The position numbers and the translations under genes were made by a program. The notes below the pieces were generated by a model. That model worked only from the letters and a program-made list of their open reading frames with translations, did not search any database and was not told the origin of the DNA. 45,481 bases of DNA from Nitrospirota bacterium (GTDB taxonomy: Bacteria > Nitrospirota > Thermodesulfovibrionia > UBA6902): positions 1-45,481 of the forward strand of contig JBFLVX010000003.1 in assembly GCA_040758255.1 (NCBI GenBank). Direction: 5' to 3'. Shown here in pieces: positions 27,896 through 37,211 of this stretch; within the stretch, counting starts at the first letter, position 1; each line of letters begins with the position of its first letter.

Positions 27896-28651
27896 TTATA
27901 TTTTGTACTTGCTCCCGTAACCTCTCGGCGTCACCATTTTGTCTTTCCAGATAAAGGTCATGGAATTGCCGATTATCACCATGCTTTGCATATCTATCTT
28001 ATGGCCGGGCAAATTCCCCAGATCCGTTATGATGATCTCTTCTTCATCTCTTGTGGCAGCCCTCACGATCCCGACAGGGGTCTGAGCAGGCCTGTGCTTA
28101 AGAATAATATCCCTCGCCTTCATTATGTGTTCCGGCCTCCCCTTGCTTTTCGGGTTATAGATGACTATTACAAAATCCGCTGAAGCCGCTGCTTCAAGCC
28201 TCTTCTCGATCATCTCCCAAGGCGTAAGCAGATCGCTCAAACTTATTGACGCGAAATCATGCATCAGCGGAGCGCCGAGCCTTGAGGCGGACGCATTCAG
28301 CGCCGCAACCCCGGGGATCACTTCAACATCCATCTCAATATCTTTTGCCTGCAAAACCTCAAAGACGAGTCCTGCCATCGCATAAATCCCCGGATCGCCG
28401 CTGCATATAACAGCAACCTTCTTCCCGCTTTCAGCAAGCTCCACAGCCTTTGCGCATCTCTCAACTTCCTGCCTCATCCCTGAAGAGAGAACCGTCTTCT
28501 CTTTGATAAGCTCACGAATAAGGGCAAGATAAGTCTTATAGCCGACTATAATCTCGGATTCTTCAATCGCCTTCTTTGCCGCAGGTGTTAAATGTTCCGT
28601 ACCGCCCGGGCCTATGCCTACAATGTAAATTCCGCCTCTGCTATCGCTAAT
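27896..28651 (-). CDS. cbiH: Cobalt-precorrin-3B C17-methyltransferase; start non-canonical (ATT 28651?) or reached by frameshift from cbiG
   Basis: Frame open upstream of the track start, giving IYIVGIGPG...GYKTY; SGDPGIY, HDF..ISLSDLLTPW, YNPKS, TPRGY. Confidence 0.85.
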   Translation of the reverse strand: MSDSRGGIYIVGIGPGGTEHLTPAAKKAIEESEIIVGYKTYLALIRELIKEKTVLSSGMRQEVERCAKAVELAESGKKVAVICSGDPGIYAMAGLVFEVLQAKDIEMDVEVIPGVAALNASASRLGAPLMHDFASISLSDLLTPWEMIEKRLEAAASADFVIVIYNPKSKGRPEHIMKARDIILKHRPAQTPVGIVRAATRDEEEIIITDLGNLPGHKIDMQSMVIIGNSMTFIWKDKMVTPRGYGSKYKI

Positions 28652-29664
28652 GTTACGTTCCCCCTTTTCACTTTTGGTTTGATTAATCTAATATTGCCGC
28701 ATACTTTTTTTGCGCTTAAGAGCGCGGCCGGCTCCGCAACCGCAGCAGCCCCCGTGGCTGCCTTAACCGCTTCAGACCCTTTAATATGGTATGCGGATAT
28801 CGCTTTGTTCAGTTCGACCTTTGTGAAGAGATCAATGATAAAACCATTTTCACGGGCAAATTCAACAAGCCCCTCTTCATCCCTTTTTATGTCAATAGTC
28901 GCCAGCCCTCTGACAGAATAATAAGATAACTTCTCTTTTATAAAGACCTCTTTCAGCTCCTTTTCAATCTCTTCTTTTGACGTTCCCCGGTTGCAGCCTA
29001 TGCCGACACAGAGCGACTTCGGCCTCAGAAAAAGCGCGCTGCTCCTGATAAGCCTGTGCGAGATTATCGCGTCAGCTTCCTTTATCGAAGCATTTGGGAT
29101 AAATTCTTCAGGCATCGCCGCGATATTAACCCTGCCGTCTATCTTCACTTTTATCCGCTTCCCGTTAACGATCCTTGCGCTTAACTTCTTCAGCTTCTCA
29201 AAATCTTCCACATAGAGGTTCTTCTCTTTTGCCCAGAGGTCGAGCGCAAGCCTCCCCTGCACATCGGATGCTGTTGTGATCACCGCCTCTGCGCCGAGAC
29301 AAACTGCGATCTTTTTTGAAAGTTCATTCGCGCCGCCTAAATGCCCGCTCAGCAGACTTATCACAAACCTGCCCTTCTCATCAAGAACCACAACCGCAGG
29401 GTCAGTCTTTTTATTCTTGATCAGCGGAGCAACAGCGCGCACAACTATTCCTGCTGCCATGATGCAGATGATCTTTTTTGCCGTTTGCCATTTACCAGCA
29501 AATAATTTAGTGTCATATTTAAAGAGTTCAGCTTCGGGGAAATTGTTCTTAATTTTCCGGGCGACTTTTAATCCGTTATTTGTGATATAAAAGATGGCCG
29601 TCTTCTTGTCTTTACTGACCCCTGACCTCTGGCCCCTGACCCCTTCTTTATTTTCTATACTCAT
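28618..29664 (-). CDS. cbiG: Cobalt-precorrin-5A hydrolase
   Basis: MAAGIVVR, DPAVVV.DE, SGHLGGAN, TTASD, GIGCNRG, VAEPAAL; start taken as ATG 29664. Confidence 0.9.
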   Translation of the reverse strand: MSIENKEGVRGQRSGVSKDKKTAIFYITNNGLKVARKIKNNFPEAELFKYDTKLFAGKWQTAKKIICIMAAGIVVRAVAPLIKNKKTDPAVVVLDEKGRFVISLLSGHLGGANELSKKIAVCLGAEAVITTASDVQGRLALDLWAKEKNLYVEDFEKLKKLSARIVNGKRIKVKIDGRVNIAAMPEEFIPNASIKEADAIISHRLIRSSALFLRPKSLCVGIGCNRGTSKEEIEKELKEVFIKEKLSYYSVRGLATIDIKRDEEGLVEFARENGFIIDLFTKVELNKAISAYHIKGSEAVKAATGAAAVAEPAALLSAKKVCGNIRLIKPKVKRGNVTLAIAEAEFTL

Positions 29665-30421
29665 GCTTAAAATCCTTATGATAGAGTTTTGATTCCTTGC
29701 CGAGGCATTCTTCAGAAGCCCTGAGCGCATCGCCGACATAGATCAATGCTGTCTTCTTAATGCCAGCCTCTTTAACCATTTTCGCAATATTGCCTAAAGT
29801 CCCTCTAATGACCTTCTCATCAGGCCATGTCGCTTTCTCAACTATTGCGACCGGCGTATTCTCAGGATACCCCTGAAGCAGTTCATCTCTCACCTTCCCG
29901 ATCATCCCGACGCTCAGAAATATCACCATTGAGGTTTTGTGCTTCGCAAGTTCGCTCAGTTTCTCGGTTTCAGGGACAGGGGTCTTTCCCTCAATGCGCG
30001 TGAAGATGACCGTCTGGCTTATCTCCGGTATTGTAAGTTCCTGGCCTAACAATGCCGCGCCCGCCATTGCAGAAGATACGCCGGGAATCACCTCGTATGA
30101 AATATTCAATTCACGGAGCTTCTCTATCTGCTCTGATATTGCGCTGTAAAAGGATGTATCGCCGGTATGAAGCCTGACAACGGACATGCCCTTTTTAACG
30201 GATGAATTAAAAATATCCGTTATCTCATCAAGTGTCATGCCTGCCGAATCATATATCTCCGCCTTGATCCCATCAAGTAAAGCGGGATTAACAAGGCTTC
30301 CGGCATAAATAACAATGTCCGCCTCATCAAGAAGTCTTCTGCCTTTGAGTGTTATAAGCTCAGGGTCGCCCGGTCCCGCGCCCACAAAGTAAACCTTATT
30401 CTCTTTGTTCGTCATCATCAT
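29648..30421 (-). CDS. cbiF: Cobalt-precorrin-4 C11-methyltransferase
   Basis: VGAGPGDPELIT, YAGSLV, RLHTGD, ELT.PE.SQT, SKLY. Confidence 0.92.
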   Translation of the reverse strand: MMMTNKENKVYFVGAGPGDPELITLKGRRLLDEADIVIYAGSLVNPALLDGIKAEIYDSAGMTLDEITDIFNSSVKKGMSVVRLHTGDTSFYSAISEQIEKLRELNISYEVIPGVSSAMAGAALLGQELTIPEISQTVIFTRIEGKTPVPETEKLSELAKHKTSMVIFLSVGMIGKVRDELLQGYPENTPVAIVEKATWPDEKVIRGTLGNIAKMVKEAGIKKTALIYVGDALRASEECLGKESKLYHKDFKHEYRK

Positions 30422-31137
30422 TTTTTCACTATGAGAGTAGAGAAATAATTCAGATCCTCTTCCCCTGCCTCTCTTATATTCCTGAATATCTTCTCATCAT
30501 CCATCCCAGCGTTTGAAATGCAGACCGCGTTTTCAATAAGGTTCATATCGGAGAGCATCTCCACAATTTCATTGAATACCTTGCTCACCTTCATCAGAAC
30601 TACTGTATCAAATGATTCCAGCGCAGGTTTAAGATCATTCATGTAGTTGGCAGGAAGAACCGCGATCCTGTCATTGCCAAGCCCCAAAGAGATTCCGGCC
30701 CTTGCGGCAGAAGCGTTTACGGATGAAACCCCTGGTATTATTCTGATATCAAGATCAGGCTGTAATTCAAGCAGTTTGTCATACAGATAAAAAAAGGTGC
30801 TGTAGAGAGCCGGATCGCCAAGTGTAAGAAAGGCAACGTACGCCCCTTTTCTGAGCTTGCCAAGAATCGTTTCAGCTATCTCATTCCATTTATCATCAAG
30901 TCCGTTTTTTTCTTCTCTCTGTGTTCTTGTCTTAACCATTGGGAAATGAGACTCTATGATCTCCTTGCCTTTAAGATCAACCGCCTTTTCAACGATTGAC
31001 AGGGCAAGGCTGCTTCCCTCTTCACGCCCCTTTGGAACGCAGAGCACCGGTGATTCTTTAATGATCCTTACCGCCTTGAGTGTCAGCAGTTCAGGATCGC
31101 CCGGGCCGACTCCTATAACATTTAAAATACCCTGCAT
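30418..31137 (-). CDS. cbiL: Cobalt-precorrin-2 C20-methyltransferase
   Basis: GVGPGDPELLTLKA, FPM, TLGDP..YSTF, VLMK, YFST. Confidence 0.9.
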   Translation of the reverse strand: MQGILNVIGVGPGDPELLTLKAVRIIKESPVLCVPKGREEGSSLALSIVEKAVDLKGKEIIESHFPMVKTRTQREEKNGLDDKWNEIAETILGKLRKGAYVAFLTLGDPALYSTFFYLYDKLLELQPDLDIRIIPGVSSVNASAARAGISLGLGNDRIAVLPANYMNDLKPALESFDTVVLMKVSKVFNEIVEMLSDMNLIENAVCISNAGMDDEKIFRNIREAGEEDLNYFSTLIVKK

Positions 31138-32394
31138 CTATCTCTCTCCTTTAACAATAAAGATCGGATTAAGAGCGCTCATATGCCTCTTCTGATTGAT
31201 CATCTTTGACTTTGAGACAGAAACTTCTGTCACATCAACCCTAAAACCATCCTCTTCAAGGCATTTCATTGCGCTGTTCAGCGTTTCAATTGTTACCGCA
31301 TTGATAACCACAATACCCTGCCGCATTTTTTCAGATATTGAACGCACAATTTCATCCAGCGTGCCCCCGCTTCCTCCAATGAAGACCCTGTCAGGCGTTG
31401 GAAGGCCGTCTAATACCTGAGGCGCTTCGCCTTTTATGACGCGAAGATTGCGTATTCCAAAAGACTCTTTATTATTTTCAATATGCTTTATCCGATCCTC
31501 ATTCTTTTCAATAGCAAAGACCTCTAACTTGTGACAAAGCCTTGCCGCTTCTATTGATATGGAACCCGAACCTGCCCCGATATCCCAGAGGATTCCGGCC
31601 TCAGGAAGCCTCAGTTTGTGAGTCGTCACCGCCCTGACTTCGTCCTTGGTGATCATGCCCTTTGAATGCTGAATCTCATCTTCTCTAAGGCCAAATCTGA
31701 ATTCTGTGCTCTGCGTTCTGTGCTCTGTGTTCTGAATTATTATCACTACATTAGGATGCTCAAAAGTTTGTTTCGCAATATCTTCCGGTACCCCCTCTGT
31801 AATCTTTTCATCAGGATAGCCGAGCCTTTCACACACAAACATTTTCAGATCTGAACCGCATGCTGACAGCTTATTTGCTATTGCTGAAGGATTATTCTCT
31901 TTGTCAGTGAGTATCCCGATCTTATGATGCGTCTTAAGCAGATGCGGAATATCGCCGATCTCGTATTCAAGGCTTCTTCTCTTCTCAGGGTCCGGGCCGG
32001 TATGCAGGCTCATAAGGAACGCATCGCTCCACGCCTCTTTTATCCTCGCAAAGGCAACCTGAATGCTTGAGAGGTCGGGCAGAATCTCCACATCTTCTTT
32101 ATCAAACTCTCTAACAACCATCCTGCCGATGCCGAAGAAGAGCGGGTCGCCGGAAGCAAGAAGTGTGATAATCCTCGATTCCGGATTTTGCATTTCAGAT
32201 TTAATGAACTCCATCGTCTCATAAACATTATTGATTATCCTGAGCCTATTCTTTATATCCTCGAATTCTTCATATCCCTTCAGGACTTCAAGCAGCCTGT
32301 CGTTTGCAAGAATAATATCCGAACTCCGGATTATCTCCAGCGCCCTTTTATCAAAAGGTTTGTACCCCATTCCTATAACGTACAATTTACTCAT
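31138..32394 (-). CDS. cbiET: Fused precorrin-6Y C5,15-methyltransferase (decarboxylating)
   Basis: ASGDPLFFGIG, ERLG...E, ITK.EVRA, WDIGAGSGS, FIGGSG. Confidence 0.9.
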   Translation of the reverse strand: MSKLYVIGMGYKPFDKRALEIIRSSDIILANDRLLEVLKGYEEFEDIKNRLRIINNVYETMEFIKSEMQNPESRIITLLASGDPLFFGIGRMVVREFDKEDVEILPDLSSIQVAFARIKEAWSDAFLMSLHTGPDPEKRRSLEYEIGDIPHLLKTHHKIGILTDKENNPSAIANKLSACGSDLKMFVCERLGYPDEKITEGVPEDIAKQTFEHPNVVIIIQNTEHRTQSTEFRFGLREDEIQHSKGMITKDEVRAVTTHKLRLPEAGILWDIGAGSGSISIEAARLCHKLEVFAIEKNEDRIKHIENNKESFGIRNLRVIKGEAPQVLDGLPTPDRVFIGGSGGTLDEIVRSISEKMRQGIVVINAVTIETLNSAMKCLEEDGFRVDVTEVSVSKSKMINQKRHMSALNPIFIVKGER

Positions 32395-33523
32395 TGCCTG
32401 CTATTATCTCTCCTGTGTAAGATACGAGTTTGGCGCTTACAGGAACCTTCGCAATATCCTCAGCATATTTTCCGGCCGCATCACATATTTTTTGAAATAA
32501 CTTCGGATTGACATAATCAAATATTTCCCGCGCGGTATTAAATGCCCGATCCGGGATATTTATTCCGGCTGAATGCAGAAACTGCACCGCCTTCTTCATA
32601 TCGATAGCTCCGAATCTGACGTGCGTCTGGGGCGTTGCCATGGCGATCTTGAGCATCTTGGCCCATTGTGCGCAGAGACTGACCTTTTTGAACCCGTGTC
32701 TTTTTGCTTCCTGTAAAGAATATTCAAGATAGTCGCCCATGAGCACATACGACTCCTCCGGCAGATTGTATTTTTTCATATGTGCCTTTTCAGACGTTCT
32801 TCCTGCGGAAAGCACTATCTCCTTAATCCCCGCTGCCTTTGCCACATCCATTGATGAAGTTATGGTCGCTGTCCATGCCTCGGTTGATACAGGTTTTACA
32901 ATGCCTGTAGTGCCGAGTATTGAGATGCCGCCGAGAATGCCGAGCCGTGAATTCAATGTCTTCTTTGCCAATTCCTCTCCGTTAGGGACAGAGATGGTAA
33001 CTTCAAGAGTTTTGAGATTTAACTCATAACTCTTAACTCCTAACTCAAAACTTTCTTTCACTGCCTCTGCTATCATTCTCCTCGGCACAGGATTTATTGC
33101 CGGTTCGCCGACAGGAACTGGAAGCCCGGGCTTTGTTACCATGCCGACCCCTTTGCCGCCTTTTATTACTATTTCACCCTCACCCTTGCCCTCTCCCCTC
33201 AAGGGAGAGGGAACGTCTGTGTTCTGTATTCTAACTTCTGCCATTATCTCCGCCCCATGCGTCACGTCAGGGTCATCACCCGCATCTTTGATGACTGAAG
33301 CCTGTGCAATAGAGTTATGAGTTATAAGTTTCGAGTTATGAATTTTGAATGTATGTCTGCTGCCATCTGGAAAAGGAATTTCAACATCCTTGATTTTTCC
33401 CGAACTCTTAACTCCTAAATCCAAACTCATTAACTCTAACGCTGCCGCCTTTGCAGCCGCAGCCGCGCATGCGCCTGTTGTATATCCTGTTTTCAGCCCC
33501 TTCTTCACTCCGGCCAATTTCAA
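32387..33523 (-). CDS. cbiD: Cobalt-precorrin-5B C1-methyltransferase
   Basis: GYTTGACAAAAA, KDAGDDPDVTHG, AINPVPR, N.RLGILGGISILGTTG. Confidence 0.93.
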   Translation of the reverse strand: MKLAGVKKGLKTGYTTGACAAAAAKAAALELMSLDLGVKSSGKIKDVEIPFPDGSRHTFKIHNSKLITHNSIAQASVIKDAGDDPDVTHGAEIMAEVRIQNTDVPSPLRGEGKGEGEIVIKGGKGVGMVTKPGLPVPVGEPAINPVPRRMIAEAVKESFELGVKSYELNLKTLEVTISVPNGEELAKKTLNSRLGILGGISILGTTGIVKPVSTEAWTATITSSMDVAKAAGIKEIVLSAGRTSEKAHMKKYNLPEESYVLMGDYLEYSLQEAKRHGFKKVSLCAQWAKMLKIAMATPQTHVRFGAIDMKKAVQFLHSAGINIPDRAFNTAREIFDYVNPKLFQKICDAAGKYAEDIAKVPVSAKLVSYTGEIIAGNE

Positions 33524-34374
33524 CCCTTTCCCGCTGAAGCTTCCAATGTCTTTATTATCTCGCGTCTCGCCTCGCCGATTGTGAGAGGCACGCGTTGAAA
33601 ATCCATCTTATCCTCATGCTTCAGCCTGTAGATCAGCTCTGCCATTTGAGGAAGCCTCAGCTTTATATTCGCCATATCCTCAGGCGCGTTGAAGACCTCT
33701 TCCGGTGTGCCGCCTCTTGTGAATTTTCCTTTGCTCAAAATATAAAGACGGTCAAGAAAAACAGGCACAAGGTCTACGCTGTGGGTAGCCATTATTATCG
33801 TTACCCCATTATCCCGGTTAAGCTTCTGAAGCAGCCTCATCATCCTGTATTCTCCCATCGGGTCTAATCCGGCGGTCGGTTCATCCAGCAGAAGCATTTC
33901 ATGCCCCATCGCCAGAAGCCCGGCAATGCACGCCCTCTTCCTCTGCCCGAAGCTCAGGTTATGGACTGATTTTCTTTCCAATCCTGAAAGCTCGACCTCG
34001 CGCAATGCGCTCGTCACCCGTTGTTTTACGTCATCTGCGTCAAGCCCCATATTTAAAGGCCCGAAGGCAACATCCTCAAAGAGTGTCGGCGCAAAGAGCT
34101 GGTCATCCGGATTCTGAAAGACAAGCCCCACCTTTTTATAGATCTGCTTTGGTGAAAGATCTTTTATATCAATTCCATCAAGCAGCACACTGCCTTCAAA
34201 GTTTCTCATGAGTCCGTCCATTACGCGAAGCAGTGTGGTCTTGCCGGAACCATTCGCGCCGAGCAGCCCGATAAATTCACCTTTCTTTACATCAAGGCTT
34301 ATGCCGAACAGCGCATGCGTGCCGTCAGCATATTTGTATGAAATATTCTTGACTGATAACATTACATCATCCAT
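33520..34374 (-). CDS. cbiO: Cobalt ECF transporter ATPase
   Basis: GANGSGKT, FQNPDDQLF, LSFGQRKR, DEPTAGLDP; start taken as ATG 34374. Confidence 0.9.
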   Translation of the reverse strand: MDDVMLSVKNISYKYADGTHALFGISLDVKKGEFIGLLGANGSGKTTLLRVMDGLMRNFEGSVLLDGIDIKDLSPKQIYKKVGLVFQNPDDQLFAPTLFEDVAFGPLNMGLDADDVKQRVTSALREVELSGLERKSVHNLSFGQRKRACIAGLLAMGHEMLLLDEPTAGLDPMGEYRMMRLLQKLNRDNGVTIIMATHSVDLVPVFLDRLYILSKGKFTRGGTPEEVFNAPEDMANIKLRLPQMAELIYRLKHEDKMDFQRVPLTIGEARREIIKTLEASAGKG

Positions 34375-35108
34375 ATTGCGCCTGCAAAAATTATTAATAC
34401 CACGGCTATCGCAATCTCGCCGAATCTCAGCGGACTGCATTTGAGCACCGGCATATCGCCTGTATAGCCGCGCTGGATCATAGCCTCCGAAGTCTTCTGG
34501 CTCTGGTCAAAACCCCTTATCACGAGCGACCCCGCAAGCGTACCGAATGACCTCATGCCTTTTCTCACTCCCGCGTAACCGAGCCGGTTCTTCTGAGCAT
34601 TGTAGATAGTCATCCCATCCTCAAGAAATACAAAAATATACCGGTAGGCAAACATCATGATCTCTACAAACTGCTTCGGCATCCTGAGCCACGAGAGCCC
34701 TGACAGAAGTTCAGTAAATGGCGTGGCGAATCCGAATGCTATTAAAAGCGACACCCCGCCGAGAATTCTGCTTGCGATGATTAATCCCTCAATGAGCCCG
34801 TCTTTATGCCCTGTTAAAGTGAGAAGCGGAATGGAGAAGATCACATCTTTTCCTGTGAAGAAAAACTTCAACAAAAGAATCATCAAGGCGAAAAAAAGAG
34901 GCTGTGAATACCGTAGCAGCAGAACTCGCGCCGGTATCCTCATCTTCACGCAAAGCAAAAAACAACTTGCGGCGATGAGCAGAGGAAACAGTATCCCTTT
35001 GCAGCTCAGCACCATTACGAGCAGCGCAATGACAACAATGAGCTTTGCCCTCACATCAATCTTTGCAAGGATATGTTCACCTGTAAAATGTTCAGAAAAT
35101 ATCTTCAT
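34362..35108 (-). CDS. cbiQ: Cobalt ECF transporter T component
   Basis: D.R.KL, YRYIFV, AQ..RLGY, AM..RGY. Confidence 0.88.
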   Translation of the reverse strand: MKIFSEHFTGEHILAKIDVRAKLIVVIALLVMVLSCKGILFPLLIAASCFLLCVKMRIPARVLLLRYSQPLFFALMILLLKFFFTGKDVIFSIPLLTLTGHKDGLIEGLIIASRILGGVSLLIAFGFATPFTELLSGLSWLRMPKQFVEIMMFAYRYIFVFLEDGMTIYNAQKNRLGYAGVRKGMRSFGTLAGSLVIRGFDQSQKTSEAMIQRGYTGDMPVLKCSPLRFGEIAIAVVLIIFAGAIWMM

Positions 35109-35446
35109 GTCTGCTTTGTGTGCTCTGTTGTGAGAGTTCCTTTTTCCGTCAGCATCCTCCAGTAATACCCTCCTGCAAATCCGCCGACTGCGCCGGCAAG
35201 GAGAAATACAAAGAGGAGCAGATCCCCCTGATCCGTATTGATAAAAGGTTCTCTCGCGGTTCTTCCATGTTCTTCAGCATATTTTTCAACAACAGATTCA
35301 TCAACCCCGCCCCATTTGTCAGCGGCAAGTGCAGAAGTGGGAAGTAAAAAGCAAGAAGTGAGAAGTAAAAAAACAGTGAATAGTGAATAGTGAATAGTGA
35401 ATAGTAAACGACTTAACCAGTTTTTAGTTTTAACTCTTAACTTCAT
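35105..35446 (-). CDS. CbiN-like small cobalt-transport subunit
   Basis: W.GVDESVVEK.A, GDLLLFVFL..G..GGF..GY; lies between cbiM and cbiQ; N-terminus built largely from heptamer repeats. Confidence 0.7.
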   Translation of the reverse strand: MKLRVKTKNWLSRLLFTIHYSLFTVFLLLTSCFLLPTSALAADKWGGVDESVVEKYAEEHGRTAREPFINTDQGDLLLFVFLLAGAVGGFAGGYYWRMLTEKGTLTTEHTKQT

Positions 35447-36216
35447 GCCGTTACCTCCTCAGGCTTTAAGACACGCATTTTCACAAGCAAGTCAGGCCTC
35501 TTCTTGTAAAGCAGTACGACCATACCTGCTGTCATGGCGCCTTCAAGTATTCCCAGCGGGAATTGTGTCGGGATGAAGGCTATCAGGATCTTCCAGAAAA
35601 GAGGCATGAATGGTGAATCTCCCCGTATGCCTGACGCGAGTTCAATGGATGTAGCGGTGTATGTTGCCCAGTCTGCAAGGACACCCGCCATAAAGCCCGC
35701 GATCCAGAGATTAGCCTTCAACGCCCGCAGCCCCCTGAATGTCAGGTATCCCGCAAAAGAACCCATCACGCCCATTGATACTATATCCGCCCCCCATGTG
35801 CTCAAGCCGCCGTGAGCTAAAAACAGAGCCTGAATTAGCAATGCCGCTGCCGTGACAAGTATGCTTATCGCAGGCCCGACCAATATGGCTGATATTCCCG
35901 TGCCTGCTGGATGAGAGCATGTGCCTGCTGTCGGCACGGGAATCGGCATGCATGAGATAATAAAGACAATCGCAGCCATGAGTCCTACGAGAGGTTTGAA
36001 GGAGAGGTCAACAGCGGAGAGCTTTTTAAGTTTATATAAACCATACGCTACAAAGGGTATCGCAATAGCAAACCAGAACGCCGCCCAGTTAAACGGCAGT
36101 ATACCTTCTGAAATGTGCATGGCGTGAGCGTCGGGAATAGCAAGCAGTAAGCAATAGGCAGTAAGAAAAAAAAGCCTGCAACTTTTAACTCTAAAGTCTA
36201 CACTCTTAACTCTCAT
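35443..36216 (-). CDS. cbiM: Cobalt ECF transporter S component
   Basis: Leader followed by MHISEG, GTCSHP.G, AHGG, TQ.P..I.EG. Confidence 0.92.
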   Translation of the reverse strand: MRVKSVDFRVKSCRLFFLTAYCLLLAIPDAHAMHISEGILPFNWAAFWFAIAIPFVAYGLYKLKKLSAVDLSFKPLVGLMAAIVFIISCMPIPVPTAGTCSHPAGTGISAILVGPAISILVTAAALLIQALFLAHGGLSTWGADIVSMGVMGSFAGYLTFRGLRALKANLWIAGFMAGVLADWATYTATSIELASGIRGDSPFMPLFWKILIAFIPTQFPLGILEGAMTAGMVVLLYKKRPDLLVKMRVLKPEEVTA

Positions 36217-37211
36217 TTCTCCCCTGCCATTTTCAATAATGCATTTACAATCGCCACTGCCACAGGCGTGCCGCCTTTCCTGCTTAAATTAGTGATGAAT
36301 GGAAATGTTTGTTCAGCAAGCAGCGCCTTTGACTCAATCGCCTTCACAAACCCGACCGGAACGCCGACAACGAGGAGTTCGGAGTTGAGAGTTCGGAGTT
36401 GAGGGTTATTCAGAATCTCAATGGTCTTTAGCAGCGCGGTAGGCGCATTGCCGATGGCGATGATTCCGATATTGTTCTTCTCTTTTAATGCCGATTCAAT
36501 TCCAATTTCAGACCTTGTTTTATTTTCTGACCCATGACCTCTGCCCTCTGACCCCTCTAAATTACAAACAACCTTTCCGCCCCATCTCGATAACAGTTTT
36601 TTATTTATCCCGGCCTTCACCATTTCGATGTCAGTAAGAATATCTTTCCCGGCCTTGATAGCGGCGAGGCCGGTCTTAATTGCATCAGGATGAAACACGA
36701 GGCTATGCCTGAATTCAAAATCAGCGGTAGAATGTATCACTCGCTTAATGATCGGCAGTCTTTCTGCCGGAACATCGCTTAAGTCAATCTCTTCAGAGAT
36801 TATCTCGAAGCTCTTCTTCTCAATCTCTTCCGGTTTTAGTCCCGGCGCAGACTGGATCCTCTCATGTACGATCTGAGCCAGCTTGCTGTGTATGCCGAGA
36901 GGCTCGGTGTAAATAAATTCCACATGAGGGAACGCCTCACCAGCCTCCCTTATTATCCCCGGAATATCCGATGTCACATGCATGCCGCTCATTAAGAAAT
37001 ACGGATGAATGATAATTTTCACTGCTCCGTCATGAACGCAGCCTTTGATGGCCTCCATTATGTCCGGCCGCGCAAATTGGAGATACGCAGGCCGAACGCA
37101 GTGCTTGCCGCATCCGGGATGCATCATGTTGTGAAGAAGTTTTGCAACGTGCTCAAGATTATTTGCCTCTTTTTTGGGACTGCCGTGTCCTGCGAGAAGA
37201 ATTATTTCCAT
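36213..37211 (-). CDS. cbiC: CbiX-type cobaltochelatase fused to precorrin-8X methylmutase CbiC
   Basis: N-terminal GHGS, PYFL..G.H..DIP; C-terminal IE.KSF, R.IHSTAD, GNAPTAL, PVGFV, RKGG. Confidence 0.88.
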   Translation of the reverse strand: MEIILLAGHGSPKKEANNLEHVAKLLHNMMHPGCGKHCVRPAYLQFARPDIMEAIKGCVHDGAVKIIIHPYFLMSGMHVTSDIPGIIREAGEAFPHVEFIYTEPLGIHSKLAQIVHERIQSAPGLKPEEIEKKSFEIISEEIDLSDVPAERLPIIKRVIHSTADFEFRHSLVFHPDAIKTGLAAIKAGKDILTDIEMVKAGINKKLLSRWGGKVVCNLEGSEGRGHGSENKTRSEIGIESALKEKNNIGIIAIGNAPTALLKTIEILNNPQLRTLNSELLVVGVPVGFVKAIESKALLAEQTFPFITNLSRKGGTPVAVAIVNALLKMAGEK

